From Callorhinchus milii (taxonomy: Eukaryota), in the NCBI RefSeq assembly GCF_018977255.1, contig NW_024704742.1, positions 49,416,001 through 49,480,000 on the forward strand: 64,000 nt of DNA, in the 5' to 3' direction. Positions 37,991 through 51,875 of the stretch are shown one piece after another; the first letter of the stretch is position 1; the number at the start of each line of letters is the position of its first letter. Under the pieces are notes generated by a model. It saw only the letters and a program-made list of their open reading frames with translations, searched no databases and was not told the DNA's origin. Made by a program: the position numbers and the translations under genes.

Positions 37991-40271
37991 CTAAGCGAGG
38001 GTGTGGGTCCCTCCACCGCTCCTGATCGCAACCACCTGCTCAGGTGCAGATCCCTGACTATCCAGTGTTTTGGTACATCCTCCTGATGTGAGAGGTGCTA
38101 TACAAATGTAATTTGTTGTTATTGTTGATAGATTCATGGAACTTGGTTGGGAGAGGACATGAGCTGTAGAGTTCTGGATGATCTACAGCTTGCCTATAGC
38201 AGAGCTAGGGAATCCATGAGAATCACACAACTCAGTTCTGCAGAACCAGTTTAGTAGTGATATTGTTTAGTTTCATCCCTTCATGTACTTAGAAGCTTAA
38301 GGTCATTAGCTTCTAAATTATAAAATAATAATCCTTGCATTTGATATTGCAGCTTTTGCTCCAGGAAATCTGATATTTTAAGATAAAGTCACAAGATTGG
38401 TTCGGATGAAGAAAGCCGTTTTGGCCATTCAGCATCATCCCTCCAGAATGCCCATCTTACTGTCCTCCCATTACAGCATCAAGCTGATTATTAATGAATC
38501 CGGAGCCCTGGCCGCAACCATCCTACCTAGCAGCTTGTTCCAGTCTTAGTCGGGATAAAATTAAGACTGTAATAGTCTTATTACTACTAAGACTATGATA
38601 AGACTTAGCAGTGTCTTCCAAGCTAAGACTAAGTGGAAGTTTAGGCCTAAAGTGTATCGATTGGTATTGTTGGCAGCAAAACCACCAACACTGCATTTAC
38701 AATGTTAACCCCTGCAATCTGCCAATAAAAATGCAAATGTGTTTTTTAATGAATTCCAAGCAGAAGTAGCTCATTCTATTTGAGATGTGCAGACAGCTGA
38801 ATGGCAACCTGCTGTCTGACAGTCTTCATTTGGAACAGTGATAGACACGATTGGCTCATGATCACACATGTCTCTGAACCTGAGGCAGCTGCAAGTGGAG
38901 GGGCCAGCTGGGTGAGCAAATCCAACAAAACAAATGAAATATAAAGAGTGACAGGCAGCAATTGAAGTTTTTTTTATTAACGCTTTAACATTCTACATGT
39001 ATGTTAAGTTGACTGATTTCAGATGTGGTGCCACTTGGTGCATTCAGTGTCTTTTGGCTAGAGAGAAAAAAAATATCAAATATGCTTCCTTCTCCTGGGT
39101 CGAAATTGTACATAGAAACATTTACCCAAACTGTAAAAAAACCTTAAAAAGATTAAAAATATGCATTGCATACATTTAAATAGATTTGAGCTCGCTCAAC
39201 TGGAAGTTAAAATATGTTTCTCAGAGTAATGTTTATGTTTAGCATAGACTCCAGAATCTCAACAAATGCAGTTGATCTTGTGTTGATTAACTCTTTCAAT
39301 CAAAAAAAACTGGCTAAAAAACTGTTTGATAACAGTATTGGAAAATATAAGGTTAGGTCTGAATGGAAATGATCAACTAGTCAATGGGCCAGAATATTTC
39401 CTGTGCTGCTGGGCTCAAGGGGAGGAAGAAACGTTGACTGTGGAGGATGTATACAAGGTTGAATAGTGGAGATACAGGATGAATAAATATTTGGAAGCAT
39501 TAGCTTCATTAATTTTGGTGTGATTGAAATATCTACGAAATACTTCCCTGCCAGAAGACTGCAAGTGTCTGGGTGAGGTCCACGATACAGTAACTGATGT
39601 TGACCGTTGAACGGCTACATGTTTTTTTCTTATCTCATGCTTTCTTATGTTCTTATTTCTGATAGAAGTATAGATGTCTGAGTATGCATATCAGTTCACT
39701 ACATCAGAGGTGGCCATACCTCAAAAATCCTCTGCACCCTCACTGTCCAGATCCATGTGTGAGTAATAACGACCGGAGGGAGTTCCCAGAGAGCTGCCTG
39801 TAGAATGATACCCCATCTTTAGCTTGATCTGATATTGTCAATGAAACAATAAATATTTTAGTATGTTTTCTGTTTGCTTTTTGACAATGAAATTGAGCTC
39901 CTCAAGTGAAAGAATGTGGTGCAGGAAAATGGAACACTTCCTCATTTAGAGCATTCAGTATCGGCATCAAATATTCCCACGTCAGGAATACAGATTGCAG
40001 AGTAAAGCTCCCTGTGCACTGATCCAACAATCCTGACTTCAGCGGAACATCTCCTAATGCACTAACGTGATATTTTCGATTTCTGATACATTCTAAATCT
40101 TATCGGACTGTGTTGCAGTGATGGCATAACCCACCTCTTTGAGAGCCAGTAAGCTTTCATTATATTTGTCTGGGATCCAGATTCCAAAGTCACTTTGTTA
40201 ACCCTCGGTGCTACCCTGTCTGCCCTTTATTCTACTCTTGCATTGAATGATGAAAGCATGCAAGCACAAAT

Positions 40272-41487
40272 TTCCTCGTCCTCCTTGACCTCTCTGCTGC
40301 CTTCGATACCATTGACCACTCTATCCTCCTCCACTGCCTCTCCTCTCACCTCAACCTTCTGTCCATGAATGGTACAGATCCTACCTCTCACAACGTTTCC
40401 ACTTCATCTCCACAAATAGCTTTTCCTCTAGCCCTCACATCACCTTGTGCAGAGTTCCTCAGTGCTCTGTCCTTGGTCCTCTCCTTTTCAATATCTATAT
40501 GCTCCCTCTTACTGGCATCATCAGCAGAGATGGGGTCAATTTCCACATGTACGCGGATGACACTCAACTCTACCTCTCTGCCTCCACCCTTGACTCCAGG
40601 ACCACTGCTATTCCTGAAGAATGTCTGTCAGATATCAAGTCTTGCATGAGAGTTAAATTTCTACAGAGGCCTACTGATCGGTTCCCGTCAGCGCCTCCAC
40701 ACCTCCGAACAGCATCACCATCCTAGGATGCACACTCCAGTCCTGAACCTTGGCGTCTTGTTTGACCCCCAAATTTCCTTTCTACCTCCCATCTATGCTA
40801 TGTCCCACTCTGCCTTTCCCCAACTCTGCAACATCACCCAGCTCTGCCACTGTTTCACACCGCCAGCCGCTGAGACCCTCATACAAGCATTCATAACATC
40901 CAGGTTCGAGTCAGAAAACTCCCTGCTTGTCGGCCTCCCCATCTCCTCCCTCCATAGGCTGCAGATCATCCAGAACTCTGCAGGCCATGTCCTCTCCCGC
41001 ACCAGGATCCGTGACCCTATCACCCCCATCCTCACCCAACTCCACTGGCTTCCCATCCCACAGAGAATACAATTCAAGATACTCGTTCTCACTTTCAAAG
41101 CCCTCCATGGTCTTGGTCCCCCCTACCTCTGTGACCTTTAATCCCCTACCCTTTATTAGGTCCCTCCGCTTAGCTGGCTCCGGCTTGCTTCACGTCCCCT
41201 GCCTCGCCCACCTCACTATTGGCGGGCGGGCCTTCTGCCACTCTGCCCCCACCCTCTGGAACTCTATCCCGCAGTCCTTCTGCTTCGCCCCCTCCTTTGC
41301 CTCCTTCCAAACCCATCTCATGACCCTCCTCTTCGACCGTGCCTTCGGACACCTTCCTTCCCCCCTCTGCCCTCCATCCTCGCTGATCCCAACTCCCAGC
41401 ACCGGGAGTGCTGATTGTCCAGCACCTTGGGACGTCCTCCTGATGTGAAAGGCGTTATACAAATGTAATTTTGTTATTGTTGTTGTA
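40272..41487 (+). mobile_element. L2 LINE fragment with RT core
   Basis: [30 protein letters not shown] and HWLPIPQRIQFKIL, followed by the tail. Confidence 0.93.
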
Positions 41488-41641
41488 TATTCAAATAATG
41501 AAACTACAAGATAAATAACACACTTGTGTGTCCAACATAAGCTCTGGGGACGTGAAGCAAAACAGTTTCTGTATACTGCGAAGGCCATAGCTAACTGCCA
41601 TCCAAGAACATTTATAAATCAACTGGAACATTTTAAGGTGC

Positions 41642-42050
41642 CAGCCTGGCTCAGTTAGTAATACCCTCACTTCTAAATGAGTTGTGATTTCAGTCCCCAT
41701 ATTGGGAATTTAAACTCACAGTTTAGATTGACATTTCGGTTCAATGCTGGGCAAGTTCTGCATTGTCAGAGATGTCATCCTTTGGATGAGACATTGAACG
41801 AACACCCGTCTGCCTATGCAGATGGACATTAAAGATCCTGCAGCATTATTTGAAAAGAGAAGGGAGTTTATCCCAGTATCCTGGCCAATAGTCTTACATA
41901 TAAGTTAATCATTTACGTCATGATAGTTTGTGGGACATTGCTGTTTACAAATTGGTTGCTATGTTTGTCTACAAAATACAGTCACTGCTATGAAATGCTT
42001 TGAGATGTTTTGATGATGTGATAAGGTGCTACATCAAATGCAAGGATTCG
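41642..42050 (+). mobile_element. Old Deu-domain-type SINE, full length
   Basis: cagcctggctcagttagta head, ttggatgagacattgaac..taaagatcc, L2-type tail. Confidence 0.8.
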
Positions 42051-42384
42051 CATTTTTATCAGATGCAAGAATAATTAAATGCTACCATAGAACCACCAGG
42101 ATGATTCATCATGTAGAAGATCTTATCACATTACATTCTAACATCTGTAAATTCTTCTTTGAAAATTCATTTGAAGGGAAGGTTTATGCCACATGATAAT
42201 AGACTAATTTTCACACTGACACTATCTACATTAGAACTGTAAAGTAATAGAATGAATTATTATTCCCTATTTGTACTGTAGGAAATTATTTTGAAATTCA
42301 TATTTCCCACTCGGATCTCATTCACTTTGGGTGAGGAGAGATCAGGGTGAACTAGGTGCTTGCTGAGTCTATTGTTTTATTTAT

Positions 42385-43258
42385 GGTATGCTAGGATATT
42401 AAGGCCTTGGACTGGGTGCAATGGAGATTTACCAGAATGGTACCAGGGATGAGGGCTATCAGTTACATGGAGAAACTAGAGAAGCTGGGATTGTTCTCCT
42501 CAGAGCAGAGAAGGTTAAGGGGAGATATAATAGAGGTGTTCAAAATTATGAGGGGTTTTGATAGAGTAAATAAGGAGAAATTGTTTCCATTGATAGGTGG
42601 GTCGGTAACCACAGGACATAGATTCAAGATAATTAGAAAAAGAGCCAGAGGGGAGATGCGGAGAATTTTTTTTATTATGCAGTGAGTTGTTACGATCTGG
42701 GATGCACTGCCTGAAAGGATAATGGAAGCAGGTTCAATAATAACTTTCAAAAGGGAATTGGATATTTATAATAATAATCCTTGCATTTGATACAGCACCT
42801 TATCACATCTTTGAGACGTCTCAAACCGCTTCACAGAATATATTGTAAAGTGAATGGACTGATTATTTTGTGGGCAAAATGCGGCAGCCAATTGGCACAG
42901 CAGTGTCCCACAAACAGTCGTGGATTGAAGTGACCAATTTTTTAAAGTAATTATTACCTCTGGAAAGGCGATCCGCCAATTGACTAACAACCAGTTTCCT
43001 ACTTACTGCTAGGTAAAAAAGCGTGTGGAGTAAGGAAACTTGCCCAACATTTCACCCTTCCCGTAATCAAACTCAGGTCTCTCGCTTGCGAGGCGAGTGT
43101 TCTAACCACTGAGCTACAGGACTCCAAAAGAGTCTTACTTGAAAAGAAAAAATGTCAAGGCTATGGGCAAGCGCAGGGAGTATGACTAATTGGATAGCTC
43201 TTTCAAGGAGTCAGCACAGGCACGATGGGTCAAATGGCCTCTTTCTGTGCTGTAATTT
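42385..43258 (+). mobile_element. CR1 LINE 3' end interrupted by a SINE
   Basis: VQWRFTRMVPGM..LEKLGLFSSEQRRLRGDIIEVFKIMRG; the 3' UTR resumes at about 43135. Confidence 0.92.
42768..43126 (-). mobile_element. Young tRNA-derived SINE, full length, nested in CR1
   Basis: Minus strand tggagtcctgtagctcagtggttagaacactcgcctcgcaagcgag, with intact anticodon-like arm ctcgc-ctCGCaa-gcgag. Confidence 0.93.
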
Positions 43259-44507
43259 TGTTGTTGTTGTTTTGGTATAAGATTCTATGTTGACCAGCTC
43301 TTCAATAACATTAAAAATGGCCGTTTAAAGGTTCCTGCACAGTCCAGTGTTTTTCTGCTTTCTTTCGTTTGAGTCTGATATTCTCATTCAATTCTGGATG
43401 ACTATCCAGCACAGTACACTATTTACATTTTTGCACACGTCTAGACCATTTTCTACTAATCACTGATCGTTGGTATTAGGACAACATACTAATATAAGGA
43501 GGTTTCATCCTACTTAGTGTAATGAATAAATCAGCAGGGTTGAGATCATCCCACATTAATGTGCCTAGAAATTATGTCTCAAGGCAACTGGGACTGAAAG
43601 TCAGATTGGCTATATTTAAAGTAGATTGTTAGAAAATGAAAGCTCATTAAACAGTTCCATGGAGGGACATTGAGAGGTGCCCATTTTATCCCTCCTTTAT
43701 CTACATTACTAATGGCACTTGACTGACCGACACAATATAAATTATATAATTTCTATATTTTCTCCCTGGTTTCAAGTAGCCTTTTAACCAGCAAAGCCAA
43801 ACAGAAATTCCACTGTAATGCAGTTGCAGTTTCAAGCTTTCTTTCAAGGTTCATTATCACTGGAGAAATGGTAATTCAGTGCCAAAATCAGCCAGTATTT
43901 TATCATAGAACTGAAGTAAAGCTTTGACGACTGTGGGCATTCAGAGCAGAACAGCTCGTGTCACAGATATGATTTCAGTTTTAAGTCAGCTGTTTGATGG
44001 AGTGAATGTGCTCTGTTACAGTCACTCTTGCACTTCGCTTCATCAAGGTCAGGAGAAAACAAATAAACCATATGGAATTTTGATAAACCTGCAACATTTT
44101 TGCAAATGCTTTTTGTGTTTGGAACAGTAGGTTCTGTTTCCTTTCCTTATATTCTTCCAATCTTATTTTCTCTGAAAGGCAATGGCTCGTGCTTTACTGC
44201 CATTCAGGCAGCAGGGACCCTGAGTTAATATAGTAACCTTCCTGTCAGCCTGGATAGTGAGTGTCGACAGGTTATTCAATTTATGGGGACCATCCCACCT
44301 AAGCTCAATCCTGTCTTATCCCAACATCATGCAGTTACATTTGTTTTATGGTGGTGTTGAGATTTCAGAGTTGACTATATTAGACAGGCAGACACGATCA
44401 GTTACTTTAGTACTATGATCAAAAATGAATGCACTTCTGTTCCCAATAGTTTGGGTTGTACAATCATACCAACGCTGCTAAATTATTTAATTATTTAAAT
44501 AAATGTC

Positions 44508-45797
44508 TTGTCACTAATGACATTCTGAACATCTGTGATCAGGGCTCCCTCTGCCTCCTTGCCCTTCCTCGACCTCTCTGCCGCCTTCAACACTGTCGAC
44601 CACTCCATCCTCATACACCACCTCTCTGCTTTACTCAATCTTCACAGACCTGCTCTTGCCTAGTTCGATTCCTATCTCTCTCACCGTCTCCACTTTGTTG
44701 TCTCTAACGGTTTCTCCTCCAGCCCCCGCACTGTCACGTCTGGCGTCCCCCAGGGCTCTGTCCTTGGCCCTCTCCTCTTTAATATCTACATGCTTCCCCT
44801 TGGTGACATCATCCACAGACATGGGGTCACCTTCCACATGTATGCGGATGACACCCATCTCTATCTTTCTGCCTCCACCCTCAACTCCAGGACCACTGCT
44901 GTCCTGACAGACTGCCTGTCGGACATCAAGTCCTGGATGACGGCAAATTTCCTACAGTTGAATGTGAACAAGACTGAGGTCCTCTTGATTGGCTCGTGCC
45001 AGTGCCTCAGCACCTCAGGCTCTGGCAACATCAACCTCCATGGTTGCACACTACAACTCACCAAGTCAGGAACCCAGGTATCTTATTCGACCCTCAACTG
45101 TCTTTTCTCCCCCAGATTCAAGCTATGACCCGCTCTACCTTCTCTCACCTCCTTAACATCACCAGACTCCGCCACTACCTCACCCCTCAGGCCGCTGAAA
45201 CTCTTGTTCATGCCTTCATCACCTCCAGGCTCGACTTGTCGGCCTTCCCAAATCCTCCCTCCACAGGCTACAGATAATCCAGAACTCTGCAGCCCATATC
45301 CTCTCCCGCACCAAACTCCATGACCCCATCTCCCCCACTCTCGCCCGACTCCATTGGCTCCCTATCCTTCAGAGGATCCAGTTCAAGATCCTGGTCCTCA
45401 CATACAAAGCCCTCCATGGCCTCGCCCCATCCTACATCTGCGACCTCCTAACCCCCTACCAACCCGCCCGTTCCCTCCGCTCAGCCAGCTCCGGCCTGCT
45501 CCCCCGACCCACCCGCCTCACCATTGGCGGGAAAGCCTTCAGCCACTCTGCCCCCAACCTCTGGAATTCCATCCCCCAGTCACTCCACCTCGCCCCCTCC
45601 TTATCCTCCTTCAAGTCCCGCCTCAAGACCCTCCTCTTTGACCATGCCATCAGCCACCCCCCTTCCCCTCCCCTTCCTTCTCCCCCCCTGACCTCAGCTG
45701 AGGTCTGAAATGCTGTACTCTGTCCAGCACCTTGGGACATTTTCCTGACGTGAAAGGCGCTACAGAAATGTAATCTTGTTGTTGTTGTTGCTGTTGT
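44508..45797 (+). mobile_element. L2 LINE fragment with RT core
   Basis: [42 protein letters not shown], with a (TTG)n tail. Confidence 0.93.
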
Positions 45798-45974
45798 CCA
45801 CTGAAACCATGTTCAGCTCACTGCAATCTACTGAAGAGTGAAATATTTTTTTCTACTATGCTTCATACACAGTCTTTCAGACCAGAAATAATCGCTCATT
45901 CACAACCAACTTTTCCAGCTGATATTAATGTTTTAAGTTCATTCCTTGATGATTTTGTTTAATAGATCACAGAT

Positions 45975-47517
45975 ATAGGAACATAGGAATTAGGAGCAGG
46001 AGTAGGCCATTCAGCCCCTCGAGCCTGCCCTGCCATTCAATAAGATCATGGCTGATCTTCTAGCCTAACTCCATCTGCCCATCTTATCCCCATATCCCTT
46101 AATCCCTCTATCCTTTAGAAATCTATCAATCTTGGTCTTGAATATGTTCAAGGACTGAGCATCTACAGCCTTCTGGAGTAGAGAATTCCATAAATTCACT
46201 ACCTTCTGAGTGAAGAAGTGTTTCCTCAACTCTGTTCGAAAGGGCTGACCCTCAATCTTAAGACTGTGACCCCTAGCTTTCGATTCTCCTACCAGGGGAA
46301 ATAGTCTCACACGGTCTACTCTGTCAAGCCCCATAAGAATCTTATATGTTTCTATAAGATCACCCCTAATTCTTCTATATTCTAGAGAATATAGCCCTAG
46401 TTTACTCAACCTATCCTCATAGGTCAACACCCTCATCCCAGGAACTAACCTAGTGAATCTACGCTGCACCCACTCTAAGGCGAGTATGTTCTTTCTTAAA
46501 TAAGGAGACCAAAACTGAACTCATTATTCTAGGTGTGGTCTCACCAAGGCCTATACAGTTGCAGCAAGACTTCCCTACTCTTATATTCTAACCTTTTTGC
46601 AATAAACGTCAACATGCCATTAGCCTTCCTAGTTGCTTGCTGTACCTGCATACTAACTTCTTGTGACTGGTGTACAAGGACACCCAAATTCCTCTGAACA
46701 CTAACACTATCTAGTCTCTCCCCCTCTAGAAAATAATCTGCTTTTCTGTTTTTACTACCTGGGTGAAAAACTTCACACTTACCCACATGATATTCCATCT
46801 GCCACCTTCTTGCCTACTAATCTAGCCTATCTAAATCTCTTGGCAATCTTTTTGTGTCATCCTCAGAGCTTACTCTCCCACCTAACTTAGTATCATCTGT
46901 GAATTTAGATATTTTAAGTTCTATGTCCTCATCTAGATCATTGATATAGATTGTAAATAGTTGAAGCCCAAGCACTGATCCTTGTGACACTCCACTAGTC
47001 ACATCCTGCGAATCTGAGAAGGACCCATTTATCCCTACTCTCTGTTTTCTTCCCGTTAGCCACTCTTTGATCCATGCTAATATATTGTCTTTAATTCCAT
47101 GGGCCCTAATCTTGTGTCGCAGCCTTTTACGTGGCACCTTGTCGATTGCCTTCTGAAAATCTAAATATACTACATCTACTGGTTCCCCCCTATCTAACCT
47201 GCTAGTCACATCCTCAAAAAACTGTATAAGATTTGTTAAGCATGACTTCCCTTTTGTAAAGCCATGTTGACTCTGCCTAATCATGTTATGGTCTGCTAAG
47301 TATCCCACTACGACGTCCCTAATGAAAGATTCTAGAATTTTCCCTGCCACCGATGTTAGACTGACTGGTCTATAGTTTTCCATCTTCTCTCTCCCACTCT
47401 TCCTAAATAGTGGTGTCATGTTTGCGATCTTCCAATCAATGGGAACCGTTCCAGAATGCAGAGAATTTTGGAAGATCAAAAATAAGGCATCCACTATCTC
47501 AGCAGCCACCTCTTTTA
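45975..47517 (-). mobile_element. CR1 LINE, 5'-truncated, RT domain largely readable
   Basis: NYRPVSLTSV, QHGFTKGKSCLTNL, VYLDFQKAIDKVP, GVSQGSVLG, FTDDTKLGG and LYSLEYRRIRGDLIETYKI. Confidence 0.95.
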
Positions 47518-48249
47518 AAAATATATACGTTGCAATATATATTACTTGAGAAAATTTTAATAATGCAACGCAATTTGGTGATTGCACTAATTGTTCTCAA
47601 ACGATGATAAGTTTGTGCATCCTTTTTAATACTAAGTCAAGTTATAAAATGAAAAACTATCTGTACTACTAGAAGGGGAAAATTACAGTATTCTTTCATT
47701 AAGACAAGGGACACTTTGAGGAATAATGCAAATATATTCCTTACCTCGGTGTAAAGTCTTCTAATTTACCTCACTAATGAGCATGTGCTACTGCTGTTTA
47801 AACTATGCAGCAATCTCATACAAGGAAATTTCACCTGGTGTCTTGGCCAACAATCTTCCAAATAAAACTGGTCATTCACTTTATGGCTGTTTGTGAGAGA
47901 TTACTGTGGACAAATTGTCTGCAAAAATACAGTCACTACAGTTTACAGCATATCCTGTGGAATTCTTTGAGAGGTCCACTTATCATGAATACATTATGTC
48001 AAACGTATGGATTATTATTAGTATAAAACAAAACCCCTGCTCCATTGAGAGTGAATCATCCCATCCATAGAAAGTCAAGCTTCCAGCTGTGCAGACGGGA
48101 TAACTCCTCTGGTGGTAACACACTCTGATTTGGCACTGACAATTTATGTCAAAGTCAATCAGAGAACAAGTGTTATTTTTCAAGATCGCTCTCACCTCCA
48201 AAATGGATGTTTGGGACCTAAGAGGGACAATTGTTTTTACAACAGAATG

Positions 48250-48702
48250 TCAGAATCGAGTCAATTTTCTGTGCTCGTCTTGGTAGTCCGGTTCCTAAGC
48301 CAGATGGGTCCACAATATTCCACAGGGTACTGCTGATAATCAATCAGCCTGGCTCATTGGCAGGACATGGAGGGACAGACCAGTCACTGAGAGCAGGGAT
48401 TCTTCCCACTCTGCACGCAATTAACCCTACAAGTACTAATGGGTAAGCTGGTCCTAATTGGACAAGCAACGGGAAGCTTTCCAAACAGGGTTTTCAAGTG
48501 AAGCTGTTTTGTTTTAATGTGTTAAATCCCAGCAGTATCCCCATGTACACCCTGGGTTCTCCAAGCCTTGACCCTTGCCAACCTGTGCCTAATATTCTCC
48601 GGAATTATACAAGTAGGATGTGTCCCTCCTGAGCAAGCATATTCCATTCCAGACACAGAGAAATGGCCATGTGTAGTGGGTATACATATTTTGTACTCTT
48701 AA
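48250..48702. repeat. Unclassified interspersed repeat, copy C
   Basis: Colinear with 425-895 (tggtagtccggttcctaagccag, cagaccagtcactga, aggatgtgtccctcc). Confidence 0.8.
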
Positions 48703-48726
48703 TTTAGTTTAGATCCTCTTAATCGC

Positions 48727-49457
48727 TCCGGAATATCGCCAGATTACGGCACTACCTCACCCCTCACGCCGCTGAAACCCTGGTTCACGCCTTTGTCACC
48801 TCAAGGCTGGACTATGGGAACTCTCTCCTCGCCGGCCTTCCCGCCACCTTCCTCCACAAGCTGCAGGTCATTCAGAACTCTGCAGCTCGTGTACTGTCCC
48901 GCACCAGGCTTCGCGATCACATCACTCCCACCCTCGCTCGCCTCCACTGGCTCCCCATCCCCCAGAGGATTGATTTCAAGATCCTCATCCTCACCTACAA
49001 GGCCATTCACGGCCTTGCTGCCTCCTACCTCTCCAACCTACTATCCCCCTACCTACCTGCCCGTACCCTCCGTTCCTCTGGCTCCGGTCTGCTCCACGTC
49101 CCCGCCCCAACCGCCCTACCATCGGTGGTCGGGCCTTCAGCCTCTCAGCCCCCAGGCTCTGGAACTCCATCCCCAGTACCTTCGCCTTGCTTCCTCCCTT
49201 TCCTCCTTCAAGGCCGGTCTCAAAACCTTTCTCTTTGACCGTGCCTTCAGCTCCCCTCTCGACTCTCTTCCTCCTCCTCGCTCCCTCCTTCCCTCCCCTC
49301 ACCCTGACCATTTCCCCCCTCCTCTCTCCCTCCCTTCCCTCCCCTCACCCTGACCATTTCCCCCCTGCTCGGGTCATGACCCAACTGTGCAGCGCCTTGG
49401 GACGTCCTCCTGACGTGAAAGGCGCTCTATAAATGGAATCTTGTTGTTGTTGTTGTT
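48727..49457 (+). mobile_element. L2 LINE, young subfamily, with an internal tandem duplication in the 3' UTR
   Basis: Nearly identical to the reverse complements of 2222-2735 and 54313-54852; 49281-49320 is repeated at 49326-49366. Confidence 0.94.
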
Positions 49458-50464
49458 AAGCATGGTGATGGGTATTCTGCACATGCCAGACACCCACCCG
49501 GTTGACCAAAATAAAATGCTATAGAAGTAAAAATGTTCACATTTTTTTCTTTAAAGAAGAAAAGTTCTAGAGCTAAAATTGTGGACTGTAATGTGTTAAC
49601 TAACACATGTAATTGCAAACTAGACAATAAAGACATCATGGATGTGAATCTACCATTGCCATTATGTTTGACTCTAAGCCAGCAATAAGTTGCTGTTTAT
49701 TGGGATACAAGAGGAATATATCTTAATGTATCATAATAATACATCTTATAATAGCCTGCTAATCCTGTTGGCCAGACACATCTGTAGTTATTATTATTAA
49801 AATGTGTGTACTTAGTTGTATGCAGCTAATGTTACACTAATATAGCCACTTTTACTTTATTATTGTAATATTTGTTCTATTTCTGTGTCTTGGTGAATGA
49901 ATTAAAATGTATTTGAAAATAACTAGTTCAGGGAAGCTGCATTTACAATTTTTTTCTTTTTAGTCCTTTTGACCTATTTAGTCCTTTAAAGACTTTTGTC
50001 TCTAAAACTAAGCCACCATCTATTTATAGATGTTCTCCACCTGTTTGTTTGAGATCATTTTAAAATCGTTCTCTTGCTTTGGAAATGTATCAATTACGCA
50101 ATACCTTCTTACTCAAAATAAGAGATTTTCAATGTTACTGTCCATTGGCTGACTGATTAAAATGCAAAAGACACTTGGAGGCTTAATAGACCAAAATAGT
50201 TTTGTAGCAAGTATTTTATAAGTCGTTTATATCACTGTGATGAATGAGACATGCCAAACACAAACCGTTCGGTTTTTAAAGCAAGGCTCCTCGACAGCAC
50301 AGGGTTTACTTCAAGTATTTTTTAAAAAAATGTTTGCTACAATATTACTACAGTAGCTATTAAGAGAAAAACTGAGTTTTTTTTCAGTAATGAGTATTCA
50401 CACATATTTAATGTTAATTGGCAAATAAATTCAAACAGTGAAATAAAACGATCAGTGCAGACTG

Positions 50465-50660
50465 CATGGGTAGCTCATTCGATAAATGTGCTGTGCAATG
50501 TGTTACTGAGGATTCATAAGGGTCCAGGTTTGATATATAGCCAAGGGCAGCCTTGCAGGTCTTAAACTGTACCAGCATTGGATTTGATGGCTGTTGACAA
50601 TGTCCTGATGTTTCAGGGCCAGAACTGCAGGCAGGGTTTCACTTTGCTAGTGGGAAGGAC
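50465..50660 (+). mobile_element. Possible highly decayed SINE of another family
   Basis: gggtagctcattcgataaatg..ggtccaggtttgat resembles degenerate A and B boxes. Confidence 0.35.
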
Positions 50661-51516
50661 TACTATTTATGGTCTCCTTTTCGAAAAGGAGAACAACTGA
50701 TAAAAGCAACAATTGAAAAACTATCAGAGATTCAAAGCTCCTTTATCAAAAATTAAAACCAAGCTATTATTCATTATGAGGTTATAGTTTTACTTAAATT
50801 TGGGAGTTAACTTGTGGTATTTGGCCCACAAATCCAGTCACTACACTTTACTGTATATTCTGTGAAGAGCTTTGAGATGTCTTGAAGATGTGATAAGGTG
50901 CTATATCAAATCAAGGATTATTATTGTTACATTTTTCAATAAAAATATGTGTTGAAGAAAGCACCTTAGAAATTCATTGATTCATTTGTCAACCTTTCAT
51001 TTATGGTGTTTTAAAAATTCGATAACACATTTCTTATTTAGGAGCTGATTAAGAAAAAATGCAAATGAATATCCCTGAAGGTTGCCAAATGAAGTTCAGG
51101 CACCTTAAATGCTGTGTGCTTCTGATTGTAAAAGTATTGACACCATGATGTGATTCATCAGGGTAAAAGGGGCACAGTTCTGCATTTAGATTTGTAGATG
51201 CTTGGCAGCTTGTCATTTAATTGCCAGGTCTCTGAATGCAAAAACAGCAGTTTATGTAAAGGTCAACTTTTAAGTTAACTGTATTGGACAGCAATATTCT
51301 TGTCAACTTAACTTGACAGTATTGGTAACTACTGTACACAGCAATAATCGATTGCCTTCTCTTTTCGAGAATGCACAGGATCTTTAGAGTACATCTTAAC
51401 AGGGAGACGGGACCTTGGTTTAAGGTCTCATCCGAAAGATGGGACACCTAACAAATTATATATTTGATATAAATGTAAATAAATGTATAAACGTAATTTT
51501 TGTTGTTGTTGATATT

Positions 51517-51875
51517 GTGGAGTCCTGTAGCTCAGTGGTTAGAGCACTCGCCTCGCAAGCAAGACACCTGGGTTCAATTCCAGGCAGGGCGAAACCTTGC
51601 GCAAGTTTCCTTACTCACACACCTAATAATAATTCCTCCAAAACAAAAACAATAATAAATTGGTCATTTTCAATCCACGACTGTTTGTGAAACACTGCTG
51701 TGCGCAATTAGCTGCCGCGTTTCGCCCACAAAATATACAGCAAATTCACTTTACAGCATATTCTGTGAAGCACTTTGAGACGTCCAGAAGACGTGAAAAG
51801 TGCTATATCAAATGCAAGAATAATTATTATTATATGATTATTATTATTTTATTATTATTATATTATTATTATATT
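51517..51875 (+). mobile_element. Young tRNA-derived SINE with internal deletion and expanded (TTA)n tail
   Basis: A box 51528-51538, B box 51571-51581, stem-loop and tail. Confidence 0.92.

Noticed and set aside
51517..51595. Possible tRNA-Ala gene
   Set aside because: No proper acceptor stem and it continues into a SINE body; it is a SINE head.
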